This document shows, in pieces, positions 24,693 to 37,348 of a stretch of DNA of 64,000 bases (position 1 is the first letter of the stretch; the number at the start of each line of letters is the position of its first letter). A program made the translations under genes and the position numbers. The stretch comes from Podarcis liolepis (taxonomy: Eukaryota): the NCBI GenBank assembly GCA_965112155.1, contig OZ218098.1. The stretch is one strand, 5' to 3'. A model generated the notes under the pieces. It was not told the origin of the DNA. It was given only the letters and a program-made list of their open reading frames with translations, and made no database searches.

Positions 24693-24800
24693 TAATTGTA
24701 GAGTTGGAAGGGACCATGAGGGCCATCTAGTCCAACCTCCTGCAATGCAAGATTTTTTTGCCCAACATGGGGCTAAAACCCACGACCCGGAGGCTCTTCT
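24693..24800 (-). mobile_element. Short tRNA-head SINE with a CR1-derived tail
   Basis: gtagagttggaagggacc...catctagtccaacctcctgcaatgca is the reverse of the CR1 3' UTR. It is followed by a reversed B-box region, ggggctaaaacccacgacc. Confidence 0.7.
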
Positions 24801-25179
24801 ATCTCAAAATGCTCCATAAATCAAGTATGATACCACAGCTGCAAGAGCTGTTTGTTGCAAAAAAGGGAAGCATTAGTCCTCTCTGCATTCTAAGAAGGCC
24901 AAGTGACAATACCAGAGCTGCACTCTAGGTTCAAAAGAAACCAAAAACCAGAATACATTTCAGGGGCAAATGGAAGAACCTATCTCTGGAGCGAAACTAC
25001 GGAGTTCATGAAAGGCGGGAAAGCTCTGGATAATAGCAGAGTGGAGAATGGCACTAAAGAGAGGTTATACCGCATGGTCAATTTTAAATAAATAATTGGA
25101 GCAAACTCCCTCCAGTCTAGTAGGACCTTTAAAGACTCTACTTTAAGGAGAATGATTCCATCACATTAAAAATTTAGCA

Positions 25180-25424
25180 CTACAGTGGCTAACAGGTTAA
25201 GTTAAAACTGAAAAGCCCCTGGCTCAAAATGTCACCTCTGCCATAAGCCCCATGTGTGGCTTTAGATAAGCAATTACACGTGAAGCTCAGCTTGCCCCCC
25301 ACCCACCTCCACCCTTAGCTGCTAGACTGGGATAATATTAGTGACCTGCCTTACACGTTTGTTGTAAGGTTTTCAGAGAAAATGTACATGATGTTATTTG
25401 AAAACTAAAGTGCTATATAAATGT
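25180..25424 (+). mobile_element. Ancient MIR/CORE-type SINE
   Basis: A tRNA-like head, the core gggataatattagtgacctgccttacacgtttgttgtaagg, and a tail aaagtgctatataaatg. Confidence 0.6.
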
Positions 25425-25610
25425 GGAGCACCATTTCATTTCTAATCTGCAATTTGGTGTTTTATTCCTTTTAAGATGGCAACACAAAATACACAAGGTA
25501 TCATTCTTGCGTGCCTAGTTCATTAGATTGGGCTAGTGTTCCTGAGTTGTATCATGTTATAATTATCTTCAAGAATATCTAATCAGAATAAAGTATTTGA
25601 TTCCTTAGCA

Positions 25611-25746
25611 CAGGCATAGGCATACTCGGCCCTCCAGATGTTTTTGGCCTACAACTCCCATGGTCCCTACCTAACAGGACCAGTGGTCAGGGATGATGGG
25701 AATTGTAGTCCCACAACATCTGGAGGACCGAGTTTGCCTATGCCTG
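25611..25746. mobile_element. hAT MITE, 136 bp
   Basis: TIR caggcataggca / tgcctatgcctg, with a perfect TSD ccttagca. Confidence 0.93.
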
Positions 25747-25893
25747 CCTTAGCACTGCAAGGCATGTTTGACATGCAGATGTGATCTACATGCACTTCTG
25801 TAGTTCCTGCTCTCTGCCTAGCTAGTCCCCTAGGCACCAACACACATGTGAGACACATTTTCTTAACGCCTTGTGCTTGATGTCATTCTACAC

Positions 25894-26029
25894 CAGGCTT
25901 CCTCAACCCAGGCCCTCCAGATGTTTTGAGACTACAATTCCCACCATCCCTGACCACTGGTGCTGCTAGCTAGGGATAATGGGAGTTGTAGGCCAAAAAC
26001 ATCTGGAGGGCCGAGGTTGAGGAAGCCTG
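25894..26029. mobile_element. hAT MITE, 136 bp (second TIR type)
   Basis: TIR caggcttcctcaacc / ggttgaggaagcctg, with TSD ttctacac / ttctatac. Confidence 0.92.
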
Positions 26030-27486
26030 TTCTATACAAACCCAGAATGGGACTCCCTCCATAGCAACAGAATGCTGGTTAGGCAGAGGTCCTGTCCTGC
26101 TGAAGAAGCCCTATGCATGTGTATTCCACATGTACTTGTACAGAACCCTTCAAAGTGATGCTGAACGTGCAATGTTATAAGAACCTAAGTGATGTTGTCA
26201 TCCAGATTAGCTTCCACATTTTCACTGCCCCGCTTCATGCATTAAGTACCCATAGGTGAGTGCCCAGGAGTGTCATTTTTAATCTGGCAAATGCCGTATT
26301 CTAAGGAAGTGGCCAAGGCCTGCACTTCCATATTGGCCTTTGCAGTATAATGTGGTTTCCCTGAAGTTCATGCCTGTTGTATTTATAATAGAATTTCATC
26401 TAAGCTTGCTTTGCTGGTAACTTTTACACTGCTGGGTAACAGTTCTGAGGTGGTAACAAACAGCTTCAGTGCTTGTGTCAGGAGAAATAAAACTGTTATT
26501 ATTTAAAACACTTCAAAGGCCACACTTGAACTCCACAGCTCTGCAGAGTTGTCATGAATAAAAAACAACAACCAGGCTGTAGAACACCAGGCTGCCCCCT
26601 CAACAATAAGCTGTCTTCTCTCCAACTTACTTTTGGATTCCTGCCAGTTGCCCATTTGCTTTACACCATCAATTTATATTCACTGAGATGGTGTAAGGTT
26701 CTAGAACAGAAATTATTATCAAATTTGCCTGCCAAACATATGAGCAGCAAAAGCTGGTCTTTCAGAGGCCTTTGTGTACAATCCAAGGACCCAATTCTGT
26801 AAATACTTTCTGCTACGTATTCAGTACTTTTAAAAACTCAGTAAACTCAAAGGTACTACACCTGCTAGTAAAAAACTAAAAGCAAAGTCAGATTATGATG
26901 TTCTTACCTTCATCATTTTAAGTTGTTCCACTAGCACCTTTTTTTTTTTTTAAAAGAAAACTCCAGATGGGTAAAAATGCAACAGAATTAGTTAGCATTT
27001 TGGGCATTATCCTTTTATTTTATTTTTGTACACTAACTGTTTGCCAACATTTATTATCAGTTACAAAATGTGCTATTGTTTTAACAAGTTGCACACTAGA
27101 AGAGGTATACTGAGAATACCTCACATGTTTTGTATGGAGCAATAACCCCTCTGCGTCTGAGGTGAGTCTGAATTCTCTTCAAAATGTGGGAAGTCTTTTG
27201 CACTTTAATGAAAAATGTCTGCCCTGTAAGAATGACAGGTTTCAGTGGAACTATGTGATTATACTTTAACAGTGGAGCATTGCTCCACTGAGTTTGAAGG
27301 GATTTACTCCTAGGTAAGTGAGCATAGGATTTCAGGTTAAGCATGCAGCTTCATCATCTGAGAGAAGAGATCAGACACATAAATGGCCAAAGACAGAACA
27401 GAATTTAGCTGGCTATAAGCCAAAACCACTTCCCAAGCCATTTTCCTCCCAGTAGGTTCTGAGATTAGATATAACCTCCAACACCC

Positions 27487-27491
<5 letters not shown>

Positions 27492-27525
<34 letters not shown>
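27492..27525. repeat. (AC)17 microsatellite
   Basis: Direct reading. Confidence 0.95.
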
Positions 27526-27527
<2 letters not shown>

Positions 27528-27896
27528 AGAAAAACACCTGTGGAGAAGTGGTTTCAAGGGAAAGTGAATGCAGGAGAATAATTCAGCACCACATTCTATG
27601 CTTTAGTTTGTCCCCACACTACTTTAGTGAAATTTTAGCAGGCAGGGTACACCACCATAAAGTGTAATTAAAGTTGAACATCAGATTGCACTAGAAACGG
27701 CAGACGCCAAAATGTTGTGGAAGACTGTGAACTTATGCTCAAAAATGCATTTAGGATGGTAAAAGCTACTGCAACTGGGAAGGGAATGTTTCATATAATG
27801 AAGATGAAGTTTCTCTGAGTATGCTAAATGCACTCTGGGCAAATGCTCAGAGGACAAAATACAAAGAAGATGGAAATGCAGGTGAACAAAGAACCT

Positions 27897-28086
27897 CATA
27901 GGAGCCAACTACTAGAGGCTGTGGGGACTTTGGCCCCCAAAATAAAAGATTTGAGGGGGCCAGGCCCCCACAAAGTTGATGGGCATTCCCATTCAAATGG
28001 TCTGTGCGCACTTCATCGCATGATCTATTATGTGGGGCAGGGCTTGCCTGGGCCCCCACAATATTTTATTCAAGTTGCCACCTCTG
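27897..28086. mobile_element. hAT MITE, 190 bp
   Basis: Ends cataggagccaac / gttgccacctctg, flanks aagaacct / aagaactg, and repeated ggccccca subterminal motifs. Confidence 0.7.
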
Positions 28087-29664
28087 AAGAACTGGATAGG
28101 TTTGGATGCAGTAAGCAAAAATCTCAGCACCGGAAGAAGCAAGAGTTAAATTACAGGTGTCAATGCTGTGAGGAGCATTAAGCAGTGTCCAGCAATGGAG
28201 AAATATAGTATATGTAACAAATGTGGTCACTTTATTAAAGCATGCAACCATTCTACGAGAGATCAGAAGAAAGTTCAATAGAGGCAAGCAGATACCTCTC
28301 CACCCACCAGTGCAGAGGAGGCCTTTTACATTGGCATTCTGATAAGAATAGTCCCAAGTCCAGAGGAGTGAAACTGATATAACTCTTCAACATAAGTGTA
28401 CGTATTAAAACAAGGAGGCAGTGTTGGGAATGAAAATCTGCCATTCAGGAATTATTAAGCTAAACTGAAGGTCTTCACACTGAACACAGATGCCTTTGAA
28501 GGTACAGGCAGGATAGATAATAAATATGATGTTACACTGATGAAGCCAAACAGGCCAATGGTACATGGTCTGTGTAGGCTTCTTTGGTACTTCAAATAAT
28601 TTAAATGCCTTTGTGACATTTGGAATAATTGGAAAGGGGGTGGATTAGTTATTCATCAGTGGTGGTCTGATAGATTCCTGGTGGAAAGAGTGTAAATGTC
28701 ATTTTCCTACCACGGATCCTAGTAACAGTCAAGTGTCTGATGTGGACAGTAGACCCAAAGCCATGACCTCTATTTTCCTTATGCTACAAGGTTACTTCTG
28801 TGGATTCCTAGGACAGAAGGAAGGGGAGGCAAACAATCTGGTGCATTATGAGCTCCTTTGAGGGGTTTGTGAGAGTTGTTTTGGAATGCATGCAAAGCCT
28901 AAAATCCTTTCGAGTGAAGACCCCACTTGTCCCTTGATCTCTCTGTACTTACAAGTGAACTTGAGAAAGTCATTTGCAGTGAGGAAAGAAATAGGATGCT
29001 CACCAGTCAACCAAGCTTATATGTGTGTACCCCTGCCCGCTTCAGTGAGAGAGCTCCAGCAATGGAGAGCGCTAGGAAATTAATGTGATAATGTTACTCT
29101 GGGCAGAAAACAGGGGATACACTGTGTCCTGCCAGCATTTAGCAAATTTAATACAGGCAATGAACAATTTTGTGTGGGGGTTGTGTTCCTTACCCTCATG
29201 CGTGTTGGCAGAACACATGTAAGCCCACTCCATCCCATTCTCTCTCCTTTTCCAGCCACTTCTGGGTTGCGGTGATGCAGGCAAAAAGAGAATTGCCTGT
29301 ACACAAACAAATCCTTGCAAGATGTGGAGGCTATGGACCGAGTCAAATGTATGACTTGATGTTGTTGTAATTTAAATTTGTATGCTGCCCTTTATCCATA
29401 GATATCATGGCAGTTTGCAACATCTTATTGTAGATGTGTACTCAGTACAAAGAGCTCTTTAGGGAGCAGAATCATTGCTTTGAGATTTTACTTGGAAAGC
29501 TCAGAAATGCAGAGAAGTATGTAGGCAAGCCCTTCAGGGACACAGTAGAAAGAGAGAGAGGTCTGTTTCGGAAAACAAGGGTTTTAAGATAAGTCAGTTC
29601 ATACTGATGTAGTAGGAGACCATTCAGGAAAAAGGAATACACGTCTCTGGTATTGCATCCATAG

Positions 29665-29800
29665 CAGGGGTGAGGAATGTGTAACCTGTCAGATGTTGTT
29701 GGTCTACAATTGCTATAATCTCTGCACTGGCTACTCTGGCTAGGGCTGATGAAACCTGGAATCCAACAACCACTGGAGGGGCACAGGTTCTAGTTCTCTG
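29665..29800. mobile_element. Old hAT MITE, 136 bp
   Basis: caggggtgaggaa...cagatgttgttggtctacaa...tccaacaaccactggagggg...ttctctg, with TSD atccatag / agctatag (6 of 8 match). Confidence 0.75.
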
Positions 29801-29858
29801 AGCTATAGTCTCTCATGCCAAGGATGAGAAGGGGGATGCAGTCACAGTGGGGGTTTGC

Positions 29859-29860
<2 letters not shown>

Positions 29861-29910
<50 letters not shown>

Positions 29911-29975
29911 TATTATTTATACCCCGCCCATCTGACTGGGTTTCCCCAGCCACTCTGGGCGGCTTCCAACTGAAT
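29861..29975 (-). mobile_element. (TAA)n microsatellite plus a minus-strand retroposon 3' end
   Basis: (TAA)16-17 at 29861-29910, then tttataccccgcccatctgactgggtttccccagccactctgggcggcttccaac. Confidence 0.85.
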
Positions 29976-31914
29976 ATTAAAAACAGTACAGCATCAGAGA
30001 GATGTGTTTGTATGTGTGACATACCTATCTAGTGAAAAAGTTGTGGACAACAGTCACAATCTAGATGGGAAATTCATGTTAATTCATGAGAGGCGTCAGT
30101 AGTTTTGTAGCATACCAGTTCCTATAACATCGGTAAATATAGTTCTGGGGTCTCTGAAGATAAATTTAGGTTACAATGTTGAAGGAGTGGCTCTTCAGAA
30201 ATTCTACCCGTTCCATATATAGGGCAAGCTAGACCAGTAGAGCTAAGGGTTTTTGGTATTTGAATAAGATAGTGAGAAAGAGCTTTAGATTTACTGTACA
30301 CTGGGCAGCTTTGGGAGAAAGGCTGAGCTATGCAAACAAGAGAGGCTCCATTTGTGCTACAATGGAACCAAACTGCTGGTTCTTAAAACAGTAGTAGTAG
30401 TACTGTAGTAGTAGTAGTAATAAAGTTTGCATAGCAGTTGTATAATTGACATGTAGAACAAAGTTGATAGTAGAAGTATATGGGTGTGAGATAACCTCAG
30501 TTAGGGGTTATCCGAGTGTTCTGTGTCCTAAAAGAGAGGACAGGATAGATCTCAGTCCAATAGATGTTACTGACAAGTGAACCAAAACAGTGGAGGATGA
30601 ATCAATAGCAAAATGCCCATGAAAAGGACACATAAAGAAGAACAATATAGATAGGGAGGAGTGTGTGTGAGTGCTCGCATGCTATTGCTGGAGGTCTTAA
30701 AGCAAGATGGGTGAGTTCCAAAACCTACTATCAGAACAGAATGTATAGGAGGGATATCAGAAACCTAATAGAAAAGTGATAATCAATGGGATGCAATTAT
30801 CCATAATTATAAAACTTACAGAAAATGTAGAGCAGATTGAAGTGGCAATGTTACTGCTTTATATGTCAAGGAGGCTATTGTATGCAATAAATTAGAAACC
30901 CATGGGAGAGTAAATTAAATCACAAAAATCCCCCTAATGAATGTTCCAATTGTAATCTTGAGGCGGGGAGCAAGGAGTCAGCCAAATAAACCCCAGTAGT
31001 CTTCCGATAATGTCTCTCAATTTACATTATTATGATTCAGTAAGTTTTCTAGTGTCTAATATTTTGTCCTAAACACCCCCAGTCAAATAGCTTGATGGAA
31101 AATGCGATGAAAATTGTAAAAACAACTGATGAGAAAAGCATCAGGCTCAAACACAGATACATATTTTGTACTTTCATTGACAGGCAGCACAATTAAAGCC
31201 ATGGAAATTGCTGACGATCTGTTCCTCAACAGAGAAACCAAGAACATGAAGGGAAGAACCACAATGCAGTGCCCCCAAATAACCTTTGAAGTTCAAACTC
31301 ATAAATTGCATAAGAGAGTGAAACAAAAATAGCTAAGAAAGAAAGCAATGTGTATCACTATATCAAAATTAAGTGACAAAGCATGATTGCATACTGGTAA
31401 CAAGTGGGTGCAGAGAACTGTCATTAAATAAAGAGGTTGCAGCTACATCTTATGAAGACTTCATCTCTTACAAATTTTGAAAGATGAGAAGAAATACTAA
31501 GAAAGGGGGGGGGGCAGTCAGAAGCACCAGGAAGCAATCCAACATGCAAAGTGGGAGGGGGGATCTAGAAATGAAACTACAAAGGTATAGTGACTTCTGG
31601 AGTGAAGGAATTCCAGAGAACAGTATTAATAACCTGGGGCTAAAATGCTAAATGGCTAGAATGTTCGCTTACTAAGTAAAAGGGGAGTTGCAATGATTAT
31701 AGGTATCCATGGAAACATGTGACTGTACTCTAACAGCACCATCCTTATAAAAGAGAAAGTGGTTGGACACAGATATGTGGGCAGGCTCTTAGTCCAGGAA
31801 CTAGGTTAGATACATAGCAAACCAACTTAATAAATAAACCTTTCATTCTGATAAAAGACTGCAGGCAGGTTCCTTCTAGCAGAGATTACAAAACATTACA
31901 CCACCTACTGACAG

Positions 31915-32160
31915 TCTTATCCTAAGCTTTCCTTGGAAATAAATCCCACTGAGTCCAGAGGGATTTAGTTCCTAATAAGTGTGGTTAGAATTGTAGTCAT
32001 GTGGCATGACCCTGCTTTGTTTACTCAAAAGTAAATCTAATTGATTCAATGGGTCTTACTTCCAAATAAATGTACTTAGGATTTCTGGACACCTAATGCT
32101 GCAGTCCTAAGCATATTTATCTCAAGCAACATTGTATCAAACTCACTGGTACTATTTTCT
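31915..32160. repeat. Three adjacent copies of an old ~85-bp palindromic MITE-like repeat
   Basis: Pattern atcct...tactc..aagtaa.tccca.tga...caatggg.cttacttc...taggatt. Other copies lie near 27285-27335, 33455-33540, 37955-38030, 47370-47450, 51655-51740 and 51930-51980. Confidence 0.6.
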
Positions 32161-35100
32161 GATTAATTTTAATATAATTTTTAGGGGGGAAGCTGCACAC
32201 ATATTTTGCATGGATAGTTTGCATTTGTTTTGATGAAATTCATATCATCAACTTAGTTCAGTTTTGCCATTTCACTTCCAGGATGGTGGGCTTGATTATT
32301 CCATAAACAAGTTTATGTGTTGTACAGGACCTCAGAACCATGGAGACACTTGTGTTCAAAAATCAAAAGGTGTAGCTCTTACATCAAACAAACTCTGAGT
32401 ATGGTGGACCTGAGAATTAGCTTTCCTAAATGAGAGTATTACAAATTCCAAAATATAATAAGCTTGTGAAGCTTTACTAAAATGCTTTATGTTTTTAACA
32501 GTTTAGCTTTAAAAACAAGAGTGCCTCATATATTTGTGAAGGGAACATTTTCTTTATGTATTAAACCTTTTGAACCTTCTGAAATTAGCATCCACTACCT
32601 TGCCTCCCCTGGAAGGCAGTAGAAGTTGTATTTAAAAATAGAGAATTAAGCTTTAATCATGAGAAGCAGAAGCAAATGGCAAAGGAACAGGCTCTGTGAA
32701 TCAATATAACTGCCTCTGCGAAGCAAACTGTCCTTTAGTTCACAGCTATATAACTGTGACAATACACAAGGAACAAACACAAGAAACATTTCCAAATGTT
32801 CTTGTTTCAGCTCATGAAGGAAGGCTTCAGACTGCTTAAAAACTTGCCACCTGGTGGCTCCAATCATTCCCAGTGAAGCCTGAAGCCTTTAATTACTACC
32901 ACCACCATTGGACTTAGGGAGTCCTTACACAAGACACAAATGGAGCTTCTCAAAACTCACTCATTTAATTTCCCCATCTCCTTCTCTTGCTCCAACCTAA
33001 TACTACAGGATATAGGCTGGAACCAGCACTTGCTGTGATTATGTAAGCAGAAAGCAGCTCACACAACTGATCCTTCTCCTCCTCTTCCCTTTAGCATCCT
33101 GAAATGCCCCTCCAGAAGGTCAGGGGACCCTCCCAAGCAATGAAGTTGTATCACATGGGGCACAGGGGGAAATATGGGGAAGGAAAGAGAAACATCAATT
33201 CTGCAAGGTGTCCTCTGCTCATGCATCTACTGGATACAACAGTGAGTGCCATTTTGTCCCAAATATAGACAGAATCAGGACTGCAAAATATTTTTGTTTA
33301 GTTTAATGTGAATAAATTACTATAAGCAGTGGATAAGCAGCATGAGCCTATAGTTATAGTTATGAGTGTGATTTACTCCCAAGTAAGTCTACACAGACAG
33401 CATGAACAGAAAAGGGAATTTAATCTCCAACTATGCCCCAAAATTCAGCCATGCAACTTATTCCTATGCATGTCTAGTAGAAGCAAGGCAGACTAGAGTT
33501 CAATGGATTTACTTCCAGGTGAGAATACAGAGGATTTCAGCTTAGTCATTGTAAGGTCATTCTTGCCAATTCAGATTCTTCCCTGATTATTATTCTCCAT
33601 AGTAATAGACCCCATGTAGTTCCACATACTACTGCATTCACAAAGTGTGGTGGGGCTGTTTATGCCATTCTACCCTGTCAGCTTCATACCTAACTTTCGT
33701 GCACCGAGGTTGAATCTACGAAGCACGATTCTTCATGAATTAATATTCAGCCAAACACACTAAGAATCCCCCTTCACATTTTCCTGCTCAATGTGGACAC
33801 TGGGAGTGGGGTTGGCATGTATGACCGCTTGCCCCTGCATGTTCTTTGAACACTTGAATAGGATTTATGATATCACCTGGGGTTACAGGCGCTTACCCAG
33901 GGTTGGTGTTTCCTTTGGGGAATGAGGCACAACAGAGACTGTGGTGTCTTTATGATATATGGTCTATTTACACATATATACAACCTGAGCCTACGATGGA
34001 GGGCTTCACAGCATTAACACCCCAAAGGGGTCTTGTTTCTCCCATAGTTGCAGCCTTCCATTCAAACAGAAATCAAAAATTGCTCTCGAATGTTGCCCTA
34101 ACTCTCTCTCCAGCTTGCTGCTTTACCTCAAGGTCATATCATTTCACTCACCACTCCAAACTCTGGCTTCATTCTTCTAATTAATGGCAACTATGAGCTG
34201 GGGGGAGGGGCCTCACCCATTTGCCATCTCACACAGAGCCTGTTTCCTTTATTTCTCTTAATGGCCCATCACCCAGGCAATTACCTTAACACAGGAAGCT
34301 AGGCTGGCATATATGTTAACACTCGCTGGATCCAGGGGTTAGAAGGATCTTGCATACACCCTATTTCTTCCCCCTCAAACTCATAGCAATATTTATTTCC
34401 TTTATGAATCACTTCTCATGAGGCATCCCAAAGCGATTTACAATATATTACAATCAAAAATCGATTTGAGTTATTCCTTAGACGCCAATGAGAAACCTAG
34501 ATATTTCTGTCTTTGTCTCCATTTATGAAACATATGCAGGTTTATTCAGTACTAAGTTACTATACTTAGGATGGCAGCTTTAAATAAATGAAAATCAGGA
34601 ATTGAGAACTTATGTATAGTACAGCATATTTTAGTTACATGCCAAAACAGAGTCCATCTTTTTAATTAAAAAAGAAAAGAAAATTAAGAAAAAGGAGGGA
34701 AGATCAATTTATGACTTTATTAATATTTAACAAAAACATTCTATTTACACTGGCGTCACCATTTCTTGCATGTCAATACAAGTGGCCATACTGATTTCTT
34801 CAGCACAGAGTAAGAAAGTGGTTCAACTGAGACAATGGGTCTTCTAACTCTTGCCCTTATTGCCTGTATCATAAATCCATAAAGGGGGAAGTATGGTGAA
34901 ACCAACTGGCAAGTTCAACTGAGAGATAAACATCAACACCTTTTTAATGACTTGTGTACACATTGTAAACCAGAGAATCTTTATACAAATAAACCAGATA
35001 AATCAAACATGAGGTGAGGATTAGAGAGAAGCAATTAAAGCTTTATGGTGAGGTTGATGTAGGAGGGACCTGTAACACTTTAGAGCATATAACAGAAAAT

Positions 35101-36400
35101 GTGATAATACAGACTACAGTGTGTGCAGTTAAATTAATTAGGTTTTTTGAAAAAAAAATCTAAAGCAATATGTTCATAGACAGGTAAGTTGCTAAAGCAC
35201 ATGGAATAAATAAACATTTAGTTTACTTATTTATTAGAGGACTGATGAAACTGGGAAGGCAGAAAGAGAGATTAAACTTTTTAAAAGACAGATGCGATAA
35301 AATCGTACCTAATTTAGGTATATTTAAGTTGATGGCTGCTCCATGCTAGAGACAGAAAATAAAATGCATAATGAGATGAAAAACACCCTACTAGGTTGTA
35401 TTTCATTGACTACAGTTAAGGTCCACCAATCTTTTGATGCATATTTGGAATTTTGAGAGAAGTTTGAGTGAACCCCTCAACTTCTGGTTGCTTCTCCTCC
35501 TTCTCTCCCACCCTCCCTTGCAGCAAAAAGAGAGAGTGCATATGCATACATACAGTTATATTGTTTTTCTAAGATCTCCTTGAATTTGCATGATTTTATA
35601 TGGGAGTCTATAAAACCCACCAGCAAATGAAAGCTTTCGGTGGTAGACTATAAAGTAAAAATTCCAAATCCAGTGTTTTCCAGCGCCACAAATCCACTGA
35701 TTTAAGGAATGGATCCTCATCATTTTTACATTGGATGAGAACACCAGCAAATCATGGGACACATTTGCTTACACAAATGTGACCTATGATCTGATTATGG
35801 TTTTGAGAGGATCCCTTGTAAAAATTATGAGGATCCGTAAGGGAACTGTGCTTCAGATTATATATTTGTACCACAGCGCCTCTTGAAAGCACCATATCTG
35901 TGCTTTTTACAGTTTAATCAATGGAGACAGTCCTGATCTGTGATTTGATGGTGGAGGGAACCTATGAAAAATTCATGCAATTTCAATGTTTGTTTTATTG
36001 CATTCAAGTTGTGTGTGCCCATGCTCTGTCCCAGTAGCTTGCAGAAGCAGTGTGGGTTGGACAGCAGTGTTTTCTGTTATTTGACACATATGTCAACAAA
36101 GGTAGATTGATGGGCCCAGATAATTTAAGACCTAGAAAATAATATCCAGCAACTTGTTATAAAGCTCAAGTTAAGAAGTAGTAGTCAGGGTCAGGTCTTA
36201 CCTTTCCTGGTCCATCTAATGTTTTGAGTATCCTTATCCTTTAAACTGTGCTTAATATACCTCAAATGTAACTCCATTACTTTCTACACTTTATAACACC
36301 AATTGCTCAACAAAACATACTGCTACTAGCGGTAGGTCTGGTAATATATGTGAGGATGCTGTTTGCTACTTGTAGTATGAAGAACTAGGGCCCCAAAAAG

Positions 36401-36432
36401 GTGTGTGTGTGTGTGTGTGTGTCTGTGTGTGT
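36401..36432. repeat. (GT)n microsatellite
   Basis: Direct reading, one interruption. Confidence 0.9.
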
Positions 36433-37305
36433 TTAGTTGCTTGTTCTGGCAATAGCAGACTTTCCTTTATGCATCTCCAAAGCAATAAGAACTTTGCCAT
36501 CATAAAACAGAATGCTTTTAAGTCTTTCCCAAGGGAAACAGTATATGCATAGTTTATGTAAAAAGGAGAAGAAAGTAAAGGTAAGAATTCTAGTAAGGGG
36601 TAAAAAATTAACAGTTCTTTAACAGCCTAAGAAATACGCACCATTGCTTTCAATGAAAATACATAGGGGACTATACATTCTGCTAAGCTAGATCTTTTTG
36701 TAACTGGGGTAAGAAAAGTGATGGAATATGGCTCATCTCGTCTTGTCTAAATGAAACTACTATACATCTACTTATGAGTCTTCACTCCATAAGAGCATTT
36801 TAGTCAGCTTCATCCAGAATCATGCAATTAGAAAATATCTGGTAAAGAAAAAGGCGAAGAGGACAAGATTTGGAAGAACCCAGAAAGAGCAAATAACATT
36901 GACTCTAGAATGAAAAGCTTGGAAATATTTTTAGAACATTGGGCACACACACTGAAACTGCCCCAAGCAGCTTTATGTTGTGTGACTGGATGATTTGCTG
37001 CTAGTATACTGCTGCCAAAGTCTCACAAACTTTGGCATGATCTCAGAAGTATTCCTTACATGAAAGAACACTCCTCACCAACAATTTCTGCTGTAATATA
37101 TTAACCACAAACATATTTCAGCCAAGATCAGACTTGGAAGTTCGGCTGGATCCCAAAACCCATTTTCATAAATATGGCTTAAATCCATTGGCTTCAACCA
37201 TGTTGTTACAGATTTGTAATGCTGAGAATATCTGGTCCTTATTTTCTCACTCTCAGGTGAATATATTCAAAGCAAAATTCCTACACCATATAGCAGATCT
37301 CATTA

Positions 37306-37308
<3 letters not shown>

Positions 37309-37346
<38 letters not shown>
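37309..37346. repeat. (GT)19 microsatellite
   Basis: Direct reading. Confidence 0.95.

Positions 37347-37348
<2 letters not shown>

Noticed and set aside
21525-25424. tRNA-like A/B-box sequences
   Set aside because: These are decayed SINE heads. No intact cloverleaf is present, so no tRNA gene is called.
26900-26915. Strong isolated sense-strand donors (AAG|GTAAGA here and near 36200)
   Set aside because: No convincing upstream acceptor or MEIS2 coding sequence. Such decoys are common in long introns.
29847-30032. Poly-Asn ORF
   Set aside because: Translation of a (TAA)n microsatellite.
31349-31900. Possible solo LTR (TATA-like box, AATAAA, ends in CA); similar hints near 49000-49410 and 56000-57730
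   Set aside because: No matching TSD, partner LTR, PBS or PPT could be identified.
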